Under the pieces are notes generated by a model. It did no database searches and had not been told where the DNA came from. It saw nothing but the letters and a program-made list of their open reading frames with translations. A DNA stretch of 62,916 nt, the filler included, from Octopus bimaculoides (Eukaryota): the NCBI RefSeq assembly GCF_001194135.2. It is 6 parts of 5 records of this genome, joined end to end, with 100 filler letters (N's around TTAATTAATTAA, not from the genome) between each part and the next. Parts side by side here need not be neighbours in the genome. Positions count along the whole stretch, not along the records: positions 1 to 7,752 come from NC_069006.1; positions 7,853 to 22,086 come from NC_068987.1; 4 more parts are not named here. One strand, written 5' to 3'. The stretch's first letter is position 1. The number at the start of each line of letters is the position of its first letter. The position numbers and the translations under genes are program-made. Positions 1 through 13,363 of the stretch are shown piece after piece.

Positions 1-92
1 TATATATATATATGCATGTATATATATATGTGTATATATATACATATATATATATGTGTATATTTGTATGTGTGTATATATATGTATAGCTA

Positions 93-125
<33 letters not shown>

Positions 126-930
126 TTAAAAAGGTGTGTGTGTGTATGTATATGTATGTGTATGCATGTAATCATGCAGTCGCATGTGTGCGGGGATCAT
201 ATATGCATGTATGTGTGTTACGAAATAAAATAAATTAAAATACAGAAAATAAAATAAATTTAATGACGTCATTTTCCTAAAATGACGTCATTTTGATCTT
301 CTAAAGAATTTCAAGAATGTGATTTAAATTCAATAGAATGTAGCCAAAGAAACTGAGAAAAAGAAAATACAATCAAACAACAACAGCGTACAGAAACAGA
401 TATAAAACAAAAAAGATAAAAACGATAAAGAAAGAATAAAAATGAAGAAAACAACAATAAATATAGAAATCTAAGCAGAATTTGAAAAACTGCTCNNNNN
501 NNNNNNNNNNNNNNNNNNNNNNNNNNNNNNNNNNNNNNNNNNNNNNNNNNNNNNNNNNNNNNNNNNNNNNNNNNNNNNNNNNNNNNNNNNNNNNNNNNNN
601 NNNNNNNNNNNNNNNNNNNNNNNNNNNNNNNNNNNNNNNNNNNNNNNNNNNNNNNNNNNNNNNNNNNNNNNNNNNNNNNNNNNNNNNNNNNNNNNNNNNN
701 NNNNNNNNNNNNNNNNNNNNNNNNNNNNNNNNNNNNNNNNNNNNNNNNNNNNNNNNNNNNNNNNNNNNNNNNNNNNNNNNNNNNNNNNNNNNNNNNNNNN
801 NNNNNNNNNNNNNNNNNNNNNNNNNNNNNNNNNNNNNNNNNNNNNNNNNNNNNNNNNNNNNNNNNNACATCGATCCCCGAAAGATGTAAAGCATTTTGTT
901 CGGCGTACTAACGATTCTGCCAGCGCGCTG

Positions 931-1268
<338 letters not shown>

Positions 1269-1269
1269 A

Positions 1270-1408
1270 CGCAGTCTTTGGCCATATTCTCTTCTATTGG
1301 TGGTTTTACTCGAAGGAGATATTTGCGAAGTATTGTATTCCTCTTGAATACTGTCCTGGTGTCATATGGGCCGCATATATTTTGTATCTTTTCGGAGAGG
1401 CCTTTCAC
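1270..1408 (-). mobile_element. Penelope-like element fragment (RT to GIY-YIG linker)
   Basis: KGLSEKIQNICGPYDTRTVFKRNTILRKYLLRVKP resembles the PLE region just before the GIY-YIG domain. Confidence 0.6.
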
Positions 1409-1701
1409 ATAAGGTCGACACAGGCTGTGGTCAGTTTATAGCAGTAATTAATGTAAATAGCCGACATCTAGAAAGCTCTGAAGAAGCAGTACTAAACAAC
1501 TTTGCGACAACTATCAAGCGCATTCCATACTTGGATATAATAGTCCTTACTGAAAAAAAAAAAAGAAAGAAGAATTTTAAGGACGGACAAATATTTGTGT
1601 GGAGATTTACAAAATGGCTGGAGAGGAAGAAATGGAAAAGACGGTGAGGTTTATTAAAAGTATACAAAGTATGTGATAACGGGAACAAAGCGGTACTCGT
1701 G

Positions 1702-1824
1702 ATCTATCTATCTATCTGCCTACCTGCCTGCCTGCCTGCCTGCCTGCCTGTCTGTCTGTCTGCCTGTGCCTGCCTGTCTGTCTGCCAGCCTGCCTGTCTG
1801 CCTATCTGTCTGTCTGTTCATGTG

Positions 1825-1887
<63 letters not shown>

Positions 1888-2077
1888 GTCTGTCTGTCTG
1901 TCTGTCTGCCTGCTAGCCTATCTGTCTGTCTGTTCATGTGTCTATCTATCTATCTGCTAGCCTGCCTGTCTGCCTGTCTGCCTGTCTGTTCATGTGTCTG
2001 TCTGCCTGTCTGTCTGTGTCTGTTTATCTATCTCTCTACCTACCTACCTACTTATCTCTCATACTCTCTGTCCGTCC

Positions 2078-2129
<52 letters not shown>

Positions 2130-2135
2130 GACTGT
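1702..2135. repeat. Compound (TCTA)/(TCTG)/(CCTG) tetranucleotide array
   Basis: Seen directly. Confidence 0.97.
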
Positions 2136-3174
2136 CTGTTGGCTCCGTGTAAATTTACCTTTTATTGCCTTAAAAAGTTTGTTTATGGATAATATTTTTT
2201 TATGTAGAAGTTGTGCAACAACTGAATGTATCAGTTGTGCAATTTGTTTGCACGGGAAATCTGCCGTGTGGCGTATCTCCCGATTGTTTTAAAATTATTT
2301 TCGGCTTTCTTAGCCATATTTTATTTGAGGATGGCGTCTGGAAGCCAAGCAGACGATCTCAGGACGAACGCCCGGTCTCCTTGGCAACTCTTGGCGACGT
2401 TCATTTCTCTACACTCCCTTCACCACAGCTTCATGAAGGAGGGGGAAGAAGGGAGGGGAGAAGTGTCACACAAACAGGTGCAGGTGTGAGCATGAANNNN
2501 NNNNNNNNNNNNNNNNNNNNNNNNNNNNNNNNNNNNNNNNNNNNNNNNNNNNNNNNNNNNNNNNNNNNNNNNNNNNNNNNNNNNNNNNNNNNNNNNNNNN
2601 NNNNNNNNNNNNNNNNNNNNNNNNNNNNNNNNNNNNNNNNNNNNNNNNNNNNNNNNNNNNNNNNNNNNNNNNNNNNNNNNNNNNNNNNNNNNNNNNNNNN
2701 NNNNNNNNNNNNNNNNNNNNNNNNNNNNNNNNNNNNNNNNNNNNNNNNNNNNNNNNNNNNNNNNNNNNNNNNNNNNNNNNNNNNNNNNNNNNNNNNNNNN
2801 NNNNNNNNNNNNNNNNNNNNNNNNNNNNNNNNNNNNNNNNNNNNNNNNNNNNNNNNNNNNNNNNNNNNNNNNNNNNNNNNNNNNNNNNNNNNNNNNNNNN
2901 NNNNNNNNNNNNNNNNNNNNNNNNNNNNNNNNNNNNNNNNNNNNNNNNNNNNNNNNNNNNNNNNNNNNNNNNNNNNNNNNNNNNNNNNNNNNNNNNNNNN
3001 NNNNNNNNNNNNNNNNNNNNNNNNNNNNNNNNNNNNNNNNNNNNNNNNNNNNNNNNNNNNNNNNNNNNNNNNNNNNNNNNNNNNNNNNNNNNNNNNNNNN
3101 NNNNNNNNNNNNNNNNNNNNNNNNNNNNNNNNNNNNNNNNNNNNNNNNNNNNNNNNNNNNNNNNNNNNNNNNGA

Positions 3175-3223
<49 letters not shown>

Positions 3224-3240
3224 ACACACATACACATATA

Positions 3241-3800
3241 TACGACGTGCTTCTTTCAGTTTCCGTCTACCAAATCCACTCACAAGGGTTTGGTTGGCCC
3301 GAGGCTATAGTAGAAGACACTTTCCCAAGGTGTCACGCAGTAGGACTGAACCTGGAACCATGTAGCAAGCTTCTTGCCACACAGTCACACTTGCACCTAC
3401 GCAAAAATATTTTCAATTAATTGAAAGTTTCTTCGTAGCTGCAGAAAAAAAAAGGTGGGGGGGAAGTAACCCCGAATGTCGTATCTTGCAGACATTTTTT
3501 GCGTAACCGCTGACTGACGATATGGGTTATCTATCTTCTGCATTGGTTTGTCACAATCGACATTTTCTGACACAACATGAGTAAGCATTTAGTGGTCATC
3601 CATATATTATTTTATACTTTTACTTGCTTCAGTTAGTTGACTGCGGCCATGCTAGATCACCATCTTGAAGGGGTTTTAGTCGAACGAATCGATCCCAGGA
3701 CTTATCTTTCAAGCCTAGTACCTATTCTTTCGGTCTCTTTTTCAGAACAGCTACGTCACAAGGACCTAAATACACTAACATCGGTTATCAAGTGGTGATG
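3241..3800 (-). mobile_element. Family A SINE pieces (5' half 3241-3400, 3' half 3618-3800)
   Basis: Reverse complement matches the 9392 copy. Confidence 0.8.
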
Positions 3801-3861
3801 GAGGAGGGGATAATCATTATTATTATTGAGTGAGAGAGCAGTGCATGCCATCTATTATTAT

Positions 3862-4187
3862 TATTATTATTGTTCAGTAGTTTTATTTTTATAACGTGCT
3901 TTCACTTCACTACCGAGCACAGCTCTGTGTGCCTTGGGTATGTGCTGTGGTTTGCTGTGGTGCTCTTATGGTTACTGTATTGAAAGTGTTTTGCGTAGGA
4001 TGTGTGCAGTGCCCAGTAGTGCAATTTTCTGTATGTTATATATATTTGTAAGTCCTGGTGTTTTTGTTATGTATTTGTCTGAATATTTTTTTATTATACC
4101 TAAGGCACCTACTATAATAGGAATTGTTTCTGTTTTTAGACTCCACATTCGAGTTACCTCTATTTCCAGGTCTTTGTATTTTGAAAG
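3862..4187 (-). mobile_element. 3' end of RLE-endonuclease non-LTR retrotransposon (R4/Dong-like) with (TAA)n tail
   Basis: Minus ORF ...KYKDLEIEVTRMWSLKTETIPIIVGALG...QKIALLGTAHILRKTLSIQ*, then 3' UTR and TAA repeats. 5' part is in a gap. Confidence 0.85.
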
Positions 4188-4940
4188 NNNNNNNNNNNNN
4201 NNNNNNNNNNNNNNNNNNNNNNNNNNNNNNNNNNNNNNNNNNNNNNNNNNNNNNNNNNNNNNNNNNNNNNNNNNNNNNNNNNNNNNNNNNNNNNNNNNNN
4301 NNNNNNNNNNNNNNNNNNNNNNNNNNNNNNNNNNNNNNNNNNNNNNNNNNNNNNNNNNNNNNNNNNNNNNNNNNNNNNNNNNNNNNNNNNNNNNNNNNNN
4401 NNNNNNNNNNNNNNNNNNNNNNNNNNNNNNNNNNNNNNNNNNNNNNNNNNNNNNNNNNNNNNNNNNNNNNNNNNNNNNNNNNNNNNNNNNNNNNNNNNNN
4501 NNNNNNNNNNNNNNNNNNNNNNNNNNNNNNNNNNNNNNNNNNNNNNNNNNNNNNNNNNNNNNNNNNNNNNNNNNNNNNNNNNNNNNNNNNNNNNNNNNNN
4601 NNNNNNNNNNNNNNNNNNNNNNNNNNNNNNNNNNNNNNNNNNNNNNNNNNNNNNNNNNNNNNNNNNNNNNNNNNNNNNNNNNNNNNNNNNNNNNNNNNNN
4701 NNNNNNNNNNNNNNNNNNNNNNNNNNNNNNNNNNNNNNNNNNNNNNNNNNNNNNNNNNNNNNNNNNTGTGGAATGCACAGGTATTTTAAGGCATAAAATG
4801 CATTCATTCATCGTCGAAACTACGGAGGACCTTGCTCATTACGTTAGAAAGATTCATTCCGAACTAAAACCCACCTCCAACTTAAGCTCTTTATTGTTTA
4901 AAAAATTTTTCTTAATATTTATTTGCCGCAAAACTTTATA

Positions 4941-4980
<40 letters not shown>

Positions 4981-5603
4981 GTGTTTTGCATGCATGTAAG
5001 TATACATATATCAATGCAGGAGTATATCTATATATATCTATATGTGTGTGTGTGTATGTGTGGGGGGTGTAGATAGACAGAGAGGGAGAGAGCAATGTTA
5101 TATATGCATATATATGTAAATAGATACATACTTACATATACAGATACACACTCGCAATATATATACTTATACGGATATATATATATATATATATATATGC
5201 GTATATATATGTATGCATGTATGTATGAATGTATGTGTGTGTATGTGTATAAGAGTATATAGATATTAATGCGGTTTTTTAAAGTATTTAAATGAAAGAA
5301 GAGATTTAAAGAATGTATTTCTTAAAAGTTGACTTCAAAAAAAAAAAAAAGAAAGAATTGAGTAATCTTCATTTCAGGTATTACACGAAATAATAAACTG
5401 CTTGCATGTGTGTGTATGTGTGTGTGTGCGCGCGCGTGTGTGTGTGTGTGCTTGCGCGCTTATGCATGTTTACCTGAGTGTATGTATATTTGAATGTATG
5501 TCTGAATGTATACACATGTATGTATATGTGTGTGTATACACGTTTATGCATGTGTACATATGTATGTGTGTGTTTATGTATGTATGTATGTACGAATACG
5601 AGC

Positions 5604-5663
<60 letters not shown>

Positions 5664-6887
5664 NNNNNNNNNNNNNNNNNNNNNNNNNNNNNNNNNNNNN
5701 NNNNNNNNNNNNNNNNNNNNNNNNNNNNNNNNNNNNNNNNNNNNNNNNNNNNNNNNNNNNNNNNNNNNNNNNNNNNNNNNNNNNNNNNNNNNNNNNNNNN
5801 NNNNNNNNNNNNNNNNNNNNNNNNNNNNNNNNNNNNNNNNNNNNNNNNNNNNNNNNNNNNNNNNNNNNNNNNNNNNNNNNNNNNNNNNNNNNNNNNNNNN
5901 NNNNNNNNNNNNNNNNNNNNNNNNNNNNNNNNNNNNNNNNNNNNNNNNNNNNNNNNNNNNNNNNNNNNNNNNNNNNNNNNNNNNNNNNNNNNNNNNNNNN
6001 NNNNNNNNNNNNNNNNNNNNNNNNNNNNNNNNNNNNNNNNNNNNNNNNNNNNNNNNNNNNNNNNNNNNNNNNNNNNNNNNNNNNNNNNNNNNNNNNNNNN
6101 NNNNNNNNNNNNNNNNNNNNNNNNNNNNNNNNNNNNNNNNNNNNNNNNNNNNNNNNNNNNNNNNNNNNNNNNNNNNNNNNNNNNNNNNNNNNNNNNNNNN
6201 NNNNNNNNNNNNNNNNNNNNNNNNNNNNNNNNNNNNNNNNNNNNNNNNNNNNNNNNNNNNNNNNNNNNNNNNNNNNNNNNNNNNNNNNNNNNNNNNNNNN
6301 NNNNNNNNNNNNNNNNNNNNNNNNNNNNNNNNNNNNNNNNNNNNNNNNNNNNNNNNNNNNNNNNNNNNNNNNNNNNNNNNNNNNNNNNNNNNNNNNNNNN
6401 NNNNNNNNNNNNNNNNNNNNNNNNNNNNNNNNNNNNNNNNNNNNNNNNNNNNNNNNNNNNNNNNNNNNNNNNNNNNNNNNNNNNNNNNNNNNNNNNNNNN
6501 NNNNNNNNNNNNNNNNNNNNNNNNNNNNNNNNNNNNNNNNNNNNNNNNNNNNNNNNNNNNNNNNNNNNNNNNNNNNNNNNNNNNNNNNNNNNNNNNNNNN
6601 NNNNNNNNNNNNNNNNNNNNNNGACAAAATTCCGTGAAGCACGGGATTTTGTCAATGAACAGGTCGCGGTCTCAAAGCGACGAAAATATTTTGGTAAATT
6701 AAATTTAAATGTTGAAGTGAATCTAATGGTTTTTGTGTGTTTTTAAATGGCTTATAAACACCTTCTACGCTGCAATTGTTTTCGATGCAGCACACGATCT
6801 CAGATCAGGTCACTTGCTATGCAAGTACATCCCCCGTAAAAAAAAAAAAAGAGAGAAAAGACTTAACAATCGAATGCGTCTTTAACA

Positions 6888-7215
6888 TGTTTCATTTATT
6901 TGACTGCGGCTATGCTATGGTACAGCCTTGAAATGATTGATTCCACTCCAGTACTTCTTTCTTTAAGCCTAGTTTTTATTCTATTGGCCTATCTTTTGCC
7001 GACCCACTAAGTTACGGAGTCACAAACACAACAAGCACTGGCTATCAAATAGTAGTGGGGTAACCAACAAAGACGCAAACACAGTTTCCATCTACTAAAT
7101 CCGCTCACAAGGCTTTGGTCAGCCCAAAGACATTTGCCCGAGGTTCCACACTGTGGGACTAAACCCGGAACCATGTGATTGTGAAGCAAGCTTCCTACCA
7201 CACATCCACGCCTGC
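6888..7215 (-). mobile_element. Family A SINE (decayed)
   Basis: Reverse complement matches the 9392 copy. Confidence 0.75.
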
Positions 7216-7363
7216 ATATTCTATATTTTATAGTCGATCGATTAGCAGAAACGATAAAGCGATCCTCAAAACATACTTGAAAGGCTTGTTTAGGGATAGT
7301 TTCCTTACGCAGTAAATTCTCCCCCTCCACCGCCATTTTTGTTGGGTAAGGTATGAGTATGTG

Positions 7364-7689
7364 AGCAGAAAACAGCCATGCCTGGTTAAGAAGCTCTCTT
7401 TGCAACCAGAGGATTCCGAGTTCAGTTCCGCTGCGTGGCACCTTCGGCAGGTGTCTTCTACTATATATAGCCTCGGGCCGACCAACGCCTTGTGAGTGGA
7501 TTTGGAAGACGGAAACTGAAAGAAGCCTGTCGTGGGCAATAAATAAATAAGAAACGTTAGCACGCCGGGCGAAATGCATATCGGTATTTCGTCCGTGTGA
7601 ACGTTCTGGGTTCAAATTCCGCCGAGGTCGATCCAATCGACTGGGCCCCTCCCCCAAAATTTCGGGCCTTGTGCCTAGAGTAGAAAAGA

Positions 7690-7690
<1 letters not shown>
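7364..7690 (+). mobile_element. Family A 5' half joined to a LINE-like tail remnant and a head-truncated family B SINE
   Basis: ...AAGAAGCCTGTCGT GGGCAATAAATAAATAA|GAAACGTTAGCACGCCGGG...CCTAGAGTAGAAAAGAA(TTA)n. Confidence 0.75.
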
Positions 7691-7752
<62 letters not shown>

Positions 7753-8239
7753 NNNNNNNNNNNNNNNNNNNNNNNNNNNNNNNNNNNNNNNNNNNNTTAA
7801 TTAATTAANNNNNNNNNNNNNNNNNNNNNNNNNNNNNNNNNNNNNNNNNNNNGTATATCATATTATATATTGTATATTCCATATTCTATATCCCACATTG
7901 GTTTTGCAGGAATATAAATAAAACATAAAAAACAGACAGTGTTGGAACTCTTTTAAACAAAATAATATATTCCTGTATACACAATCATACAAAACCCCTT
8001 TTTTTGTATTTATTTTTACTCGCATATATATATATATATATATATCATTAGCTGAAAATGCTCAATCAATCTATGGTGAATTATTTATCATGGTAGGTAG
8101 AAGCTTATGGCTAAATCAGACAGCGGCGAAGAAGCAATGCTTTTGTAACCATCTAATGAATAGAACCAATTAGACTGCTACGAGATCGTAGAGCACAAAG
8201 TTCAAAGATATAGACCATGCACCGCAGCATATTCGCACA

Positions 8240-8282
<43 letters not shown>

Positions 8283-9391
8283 ATACAGAATCATACACAT
8301 ACGCACAATCCAAACATAACAAAACAAAAAAAGAGCAAAACATTAGAAGGGGTCATTAAACTCTTAAAGATCATTCCCTTCCCTTTTTTTTTTACTTAAT
8401 AGTCATAAATATGACCATAGGACATTCACAAATATATTGCTCCAATCCTAAATACTTGATGTTTTTCTAATATTATTTTTGTTTTCCTTGCTCTCTGCGT
8501 AATAACAAATAAATTAGAGTTCATATTTCCGCTACCCTCTTTTAGTAAATATTGCAGGAAGTTTGAAATACTGTTCATCATTTAACAGATCGATACCGTC
8601 TCTCTCTTTGACGACGAAGTTCTCTATTCTATCATGTATCTGGTGTGTATGACTTGCTACTTTTCCCTTGCTTAACCTATCTGCTTTGCTTCAATTTCAA
8701 AATTGAACATTTTCAAATATACTACCGATACCACCATCCTTATCCAGTTTATTGAACTCATAGTTTAACAATTAAATACATTTTGATAATACCGCTAAGT
8801 ATTTTATTTGCATTTGAATTTAAAATTGTATTTAAAACTTCCTTTTTCATCTGTGCGCAAATACCTGCCGCGTTTGCGCAAGAGGCTGCGTTATATTATA
8901 CACACCATCTTTCTTTCTCTTTTTGCACTCCGTCGGTTACGACGACGAGGGTTCCAGTTGATCCTATCAACGGAACATCTTGCTCGTGAAATCAACATGT
9001 AAGTGGCTGAGCACTCCACAGACAAGTGTTCCCTTAACGTAGGTACAAGAGAAACACGAAGAAAGATTGAGAGAAAGTCGTGGTGGAAGAGTATAGCAGG
9101 GTTCACCACCATCCCCTGGCGGAGTCTTGTGGAACTATAAGTGTTTTCGCTCAATAAACACTCGCAACGCCCGGTCTGGGAATCAAAACTGTGATCCTAC
9201 GACCACGAGTCCGCTGCCCTAACCAATGGGCCATTGAGCCTCCACATACACACCATACAATTGGTTTACACATGACAAAAAACGAAGGGGAAACTGTCCA
9301 TCAGTATGGTTACTTACCAATATACTTATATGCATGTCATAAAACTATATATAAATATATCTATATGTATCTATCTATCTACATATACATA

Positions 9392-9782
9392 CAGGAGTGG
9401 CTGTGTGGTAAATAGTTTGCTTACGAACCACATGGTTCCGGATTCAGTCTCACTGCGTGGCACTTTGGGTAAGTTTCTTCTACTATAGACTCGGGCCGAC
9501 CAAAGCCTTGTGAGTGGATTTGGTAGACGGAAACTGAAAGAAGCCCATCGTATATATGTATATGTATATTTGTGTGTGTATGTTTGTGCGTCTGTGTTTG
9601 TCCCCTCAACATTGCTTGACAACCAATGCTGGTGTGTTACCGTTTCGTAACTTAGCAGTTCAGCAAAAGAACTAGATGGAATAAGTACTAGGCTTACAAA
9701 GAATAAGTCCTGGGGTCTATTTGCTCGACTAAAGGCGGAGCTTAGCATGGCTGCAGTCAAATGACTAAAACAAATAAAAGAG
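9392..9782 (+). mobile_element. tRNA-derived CORE-like SINE, family A (OR-type), near full length
   Basis: AGGAGTGGCTGTGTGGTAA head, GGTTCC B-box-like motif, TTGGGTAAGT CORE-like segment, internal (TA/TG) tract, tail CAGCATGG.TGCAGTCAAATGACT.AAACAA.TAAAAGAG. Confidence 0.9.
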
Positions 9783-9797
9783 TATATATATATATAT

Positions 9798-9834
<37 letters not shown>

Positions 9835-12800
9835 NNNNNNNNNNNNNNNNNNNNNNNNNNNNNNNNNNNNNNNNNNNNNNNNNNNNNNNNNNNNNNNNNN
9901 NNNNNNNNNNNNNNNNNNNNNNNNNNNNNNNNNNNNNNNNNNNNNNNNNNNNNNNNNNNNNNNNNNNNNNNNNNNNNNNNNNNNNNNNNNNNNNNNNNNN
10001 NNNNNNNNNNNNNNNNNNNNNNNNNNNNNNNNNNNNNNNNNNNNNNNNNNNNNNNNNNNNNNNNNNNNNNNNNNNNNNNNNNNNNNNNNNNNNNNNNNNN
10101 NNNNNNNNNNNNNNNNNNNNNNNNNNNNNNNNNNNNNNNNNNNNNNNNNNNNNNNNNNNNNNNNNNNNNNNNNNNNNNNNNNNNNNNNNNNNNNNNNNNN
10201 NNNNNNNNNNNNNNNNNNNNNNNNNNNNNNNNNNNNNNNNNNNNNNNNNNNNNNNNNNNNNNNNNNNNNNNNNNNNNNNNNNNNNNNNNNNNNNNNNNNN
10301 NNNNNNNNNNNNNNNNNNNNNNNNNNNNNNNNNNNNNNNNNNNNNNNNNNNNNNNNNNNNNNNNNNNNNNNNNNNNNNNNNNNNNNNNNNNNNNNNNNNN
10401 NNNNNNNNNNNNNNNNNNNNNNNNNNNNNNNNNNNNNNNNNNNNNNNNNNNNNNNNNNNNNNNNNNNNNNNNNNNNNNNNNNNNNNNNNNNNNNNNNNNN
10501 NNNNNNNNNNNNNNNNNNNNNNNNNNNNNNNNNNNNNNNNNNNNNNNNNNNNNNNNNNNNNNNNNNNNNNNNNNNNNNNNNNNNNNNNNNNNNNNNNNNN
10601 NNNNNNNNNNNNNNNNNNNNNNNNNNNNNNNNNNNNNNNNNNNNNNNNNNNNNNNNNNNNNNNNNNNNNNNNNNNNNNNNNNNNNNNNNNNNNNNNNNNN
10701 NCTTCAATCTGAAAATTTTGTCACTCTACCCACCGGCACTGGTTTGTGACATTGATTGATTCTGATCAAAGGTGATACACCCTCCAGCAATGTATATTGC
10801 GTCCTTAATAACCTCAACTGGACACACCAATGAATAGAGACCAATCATGCATACAGACTCGAACATGTAATAAGTAAATAAATGAATAACATAATATATG
10901 TAAATGAATAAAATAATAATAAATATAAAATAGAAAGTAAAGGTTTGGAACACTCCAGAATGACAAAGAATACAATAACAGTTTTCTTCTACTTTTCTTT
11001 CTTTCTTTCTGTTTTTTTTTTTGTTTTTTGTATTTCCTTTGCCGTGGATTTACAAGGAAAAATAGATGTAATAATATTTTGCTTTTCTTTTTTAATATTT
11101 TTTCGACTTCGTGTTCATCGGTTTTATACAATGACGTGGTCGACCCGCGGCAATTTTAATATGAAAGACAGCTACAGAAAATGCGCATCTCATTCTTATT
11201 TGGTTTGTCCTCTAATCATTAATGTTCAGATACAGAATTTGATTAGTTTAATTCTACATAGCTTTATATAGGCTTTACATTTTATGTTGCTGTTCATTAT
11301 TTTGTTTTTAAGATTTGCGATGATGATGACGATGACGATGTTGATGATGATGATGATATATTTATTTTATGGAAGAGTTTAGCAGATTTATCACATAAAG
11401 CAGAATAAATGTTTCGTTTTCGATGAAAGTCGAATGCTATCATTTTGCAAAACTTTATTTTACCTTAAAGTTGGATTTTAAAGTATATTAAAATTATTTT
11501 AATCTCTCTTGAGTAAAAGATCTGCAGGAAATGGAACTTTAGTTCTTTGAGCGATGGATTAAGAGCGATGTTCTCCTGTTTCTTTATTACACGGAAACAT
11601 TTCCAAAAGTCTGCAACTATAAAACATTGACTTGGTGATTTCTATTGCTGAGAGGAATTTAATTCATTTAAGGAGCTTATGTCATGTTTTAAATGGTAGA
11701 GAAATAGTAAAATATCTAATAGCTCTGATTTAATAAAGAGTCTAATAAATTTATGTTGATTAGAAGAAACAGAATTCTGAGAGCGAGGTATATCTCTTGC
11801 AGTGTGTTGTGGACGGCGGTGATGGCAAATATCTGTCGTCAAACATTAAGTTCTATCAACTGGATACTTGCACAACGTTGCTAATTCCTATGGAACTTCA
11901 ATAAAGATTAAAGTTTGACGAGTAGAAAACACTTACCTTATTTATAGTAATAGTAAACTGATTTAAAGCCAAAACAGAACCGATTTTACAAAAACAATAT
12001 TCCCCTGGGGAAATGTTCAAAACGTAAGACATTAACAATTTAGATTTTATCACAATTTACTAAAAGAAAGAAGACAGGTACAAAATGAAGTATTTACAAC
12101 TAAAAGAGTAAAAGTATATTTTCTTTGTGGGGAAATTCATTATTGTGCGTATGAAAATTTGTGAGAATTTACTATGGCTTGACCAATAATAATACGTGTA
12201 TTGAATTTTAAATGTCATTTAGTTTCTTCTGGAAAATATGTTCACATATTTTGATGATTTATATAAACCGAAAGTATTATAATTATTTAAGAATTAACTC
12301 ACGTTGTGTTTTCACAAGTGTAGCTATGAGTTGTGTAGCTTTCAGAAATATTGAAAGTATAGAATTGTTTCAAAGTGAAGGCATAAATGAGGAAAGGTGC
12401 TGCTTGTAACATTTATAATGCTTCATATAGGGGTGAAAGTGACAATTTATTAAATGCAATTAATAAATGTTAGTAAAACAATTAAAAATCTGAAATAAAA
12501 TTTGTAAATTTATTTGTGAAACAGATAATTTAAAATGCATAATTCACTATGGATTATCATTACTATTATGAAGGCGGCGAAAGGCGGCGGGCTGGTAGAA
12601 TCGTTAGCAGGCGGAGCGAAATGCATAGCGGTATTTTGTCTGCTATAACGTTCTGGGTTCAACTTCTACCGAGGCCGACATTGCTTCTGATGAGAGACGC
12701 ATGTATCGTCATCCACTTAGGGACATGCTCAATTTAAGGTCAAGCAAATGACAGGAAAATCTGGTACTGCTGTATCCCACCTGTAACACCAAAACGAAGC

Positions 12801-12876
12801 ACATACATGTTATCACTTCTAATAAGAGTAAGATCACAAACCATGAGAGCCACTCGCTGGTATTGCCATCAGAACG

Positions 12877-13029
12877 TTCTTCTTCTTCTTCTTCTTCTTC
12901 TTCTTCTTCTTCTTCTTCTTCTTCTTCTTCTTCTTCTTCTTCTTCTTCTTCTTCTTCTTCTTCTTCTTCTTCTTCTTCTTCTTCTTCTTCTTCTTCTTCT
13001 TCTTCTTCTTCTTCTTCTTCTTCTTCTTC
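12877..13029. repeat. (TTC)n array; a second at 13548-13626
   Basis: Seen directly. Confidence 0.98.
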
Positions 13030-13315
13030 AATAAAATCTCAACTTAATTTGCTGGATATGATGGAAAGTGTCAGCTGTCCACAGCCAGCAGACTAAGGTG
13101 ACACTTGTTTACTGGTCATGCTTCAATAACCCTGCGAAAAATTCTTGCAGTTCCAAGCAATGCTGATTTTTGTTCTACCTTCTACACTAGCACCAATCTT
13201 TTTCAGCTATGTTGGAAGTTGAGTACTTCCAAGTGCATCAATTACTATTGGTGTCACGTCTACTCTCCTCATTGACCACAACCTTCGTATTTCCCACTTC
13301 ATATCGTCATAGTTG

Positions 13316-13318
<3 letters not shown>
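13030..13318 (-). mobile_element. 3' end of a second RLE-type LINE with (GAA)n tail
   Basis: Translates NYDDMKWEIRRLWSMRRVDVTPIVIDALG...QKSALLGTARIFRRVIEA* with a stop and a frameshift. Abuts the (TTC)n array. Confidence 0.8.

Positions 13319-13363
<45 letters not shown>

Noticed and set aside
1478-1510. Hammerhead-like CTGAAGA next to the Penelope fragment; also CTGATGA near 13396 and 52353
   Set aside because: The required GAAA box or helices are missing or misplaced.
7797-7808. TTAATTAATTAA flanked by Ns, recurring at 22131, 36432, 46264 and 54915
   Set aside because: Identical 12-mer centred in a 100-nt N spacer, with stops in all six frames: a synthetic scaffolding linker, not biology.
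9392-9460. tRNA-like A/B-box sequences at many sites
   Set aside because: All are SINE heads without a complete cloverleaf; not called as tRNA genes.
10726-10850. IYIAGG kelch-like motif in a minus ORF
   Set aside because: Single six-residue match with no further kelch repeats and unclear splice phase.
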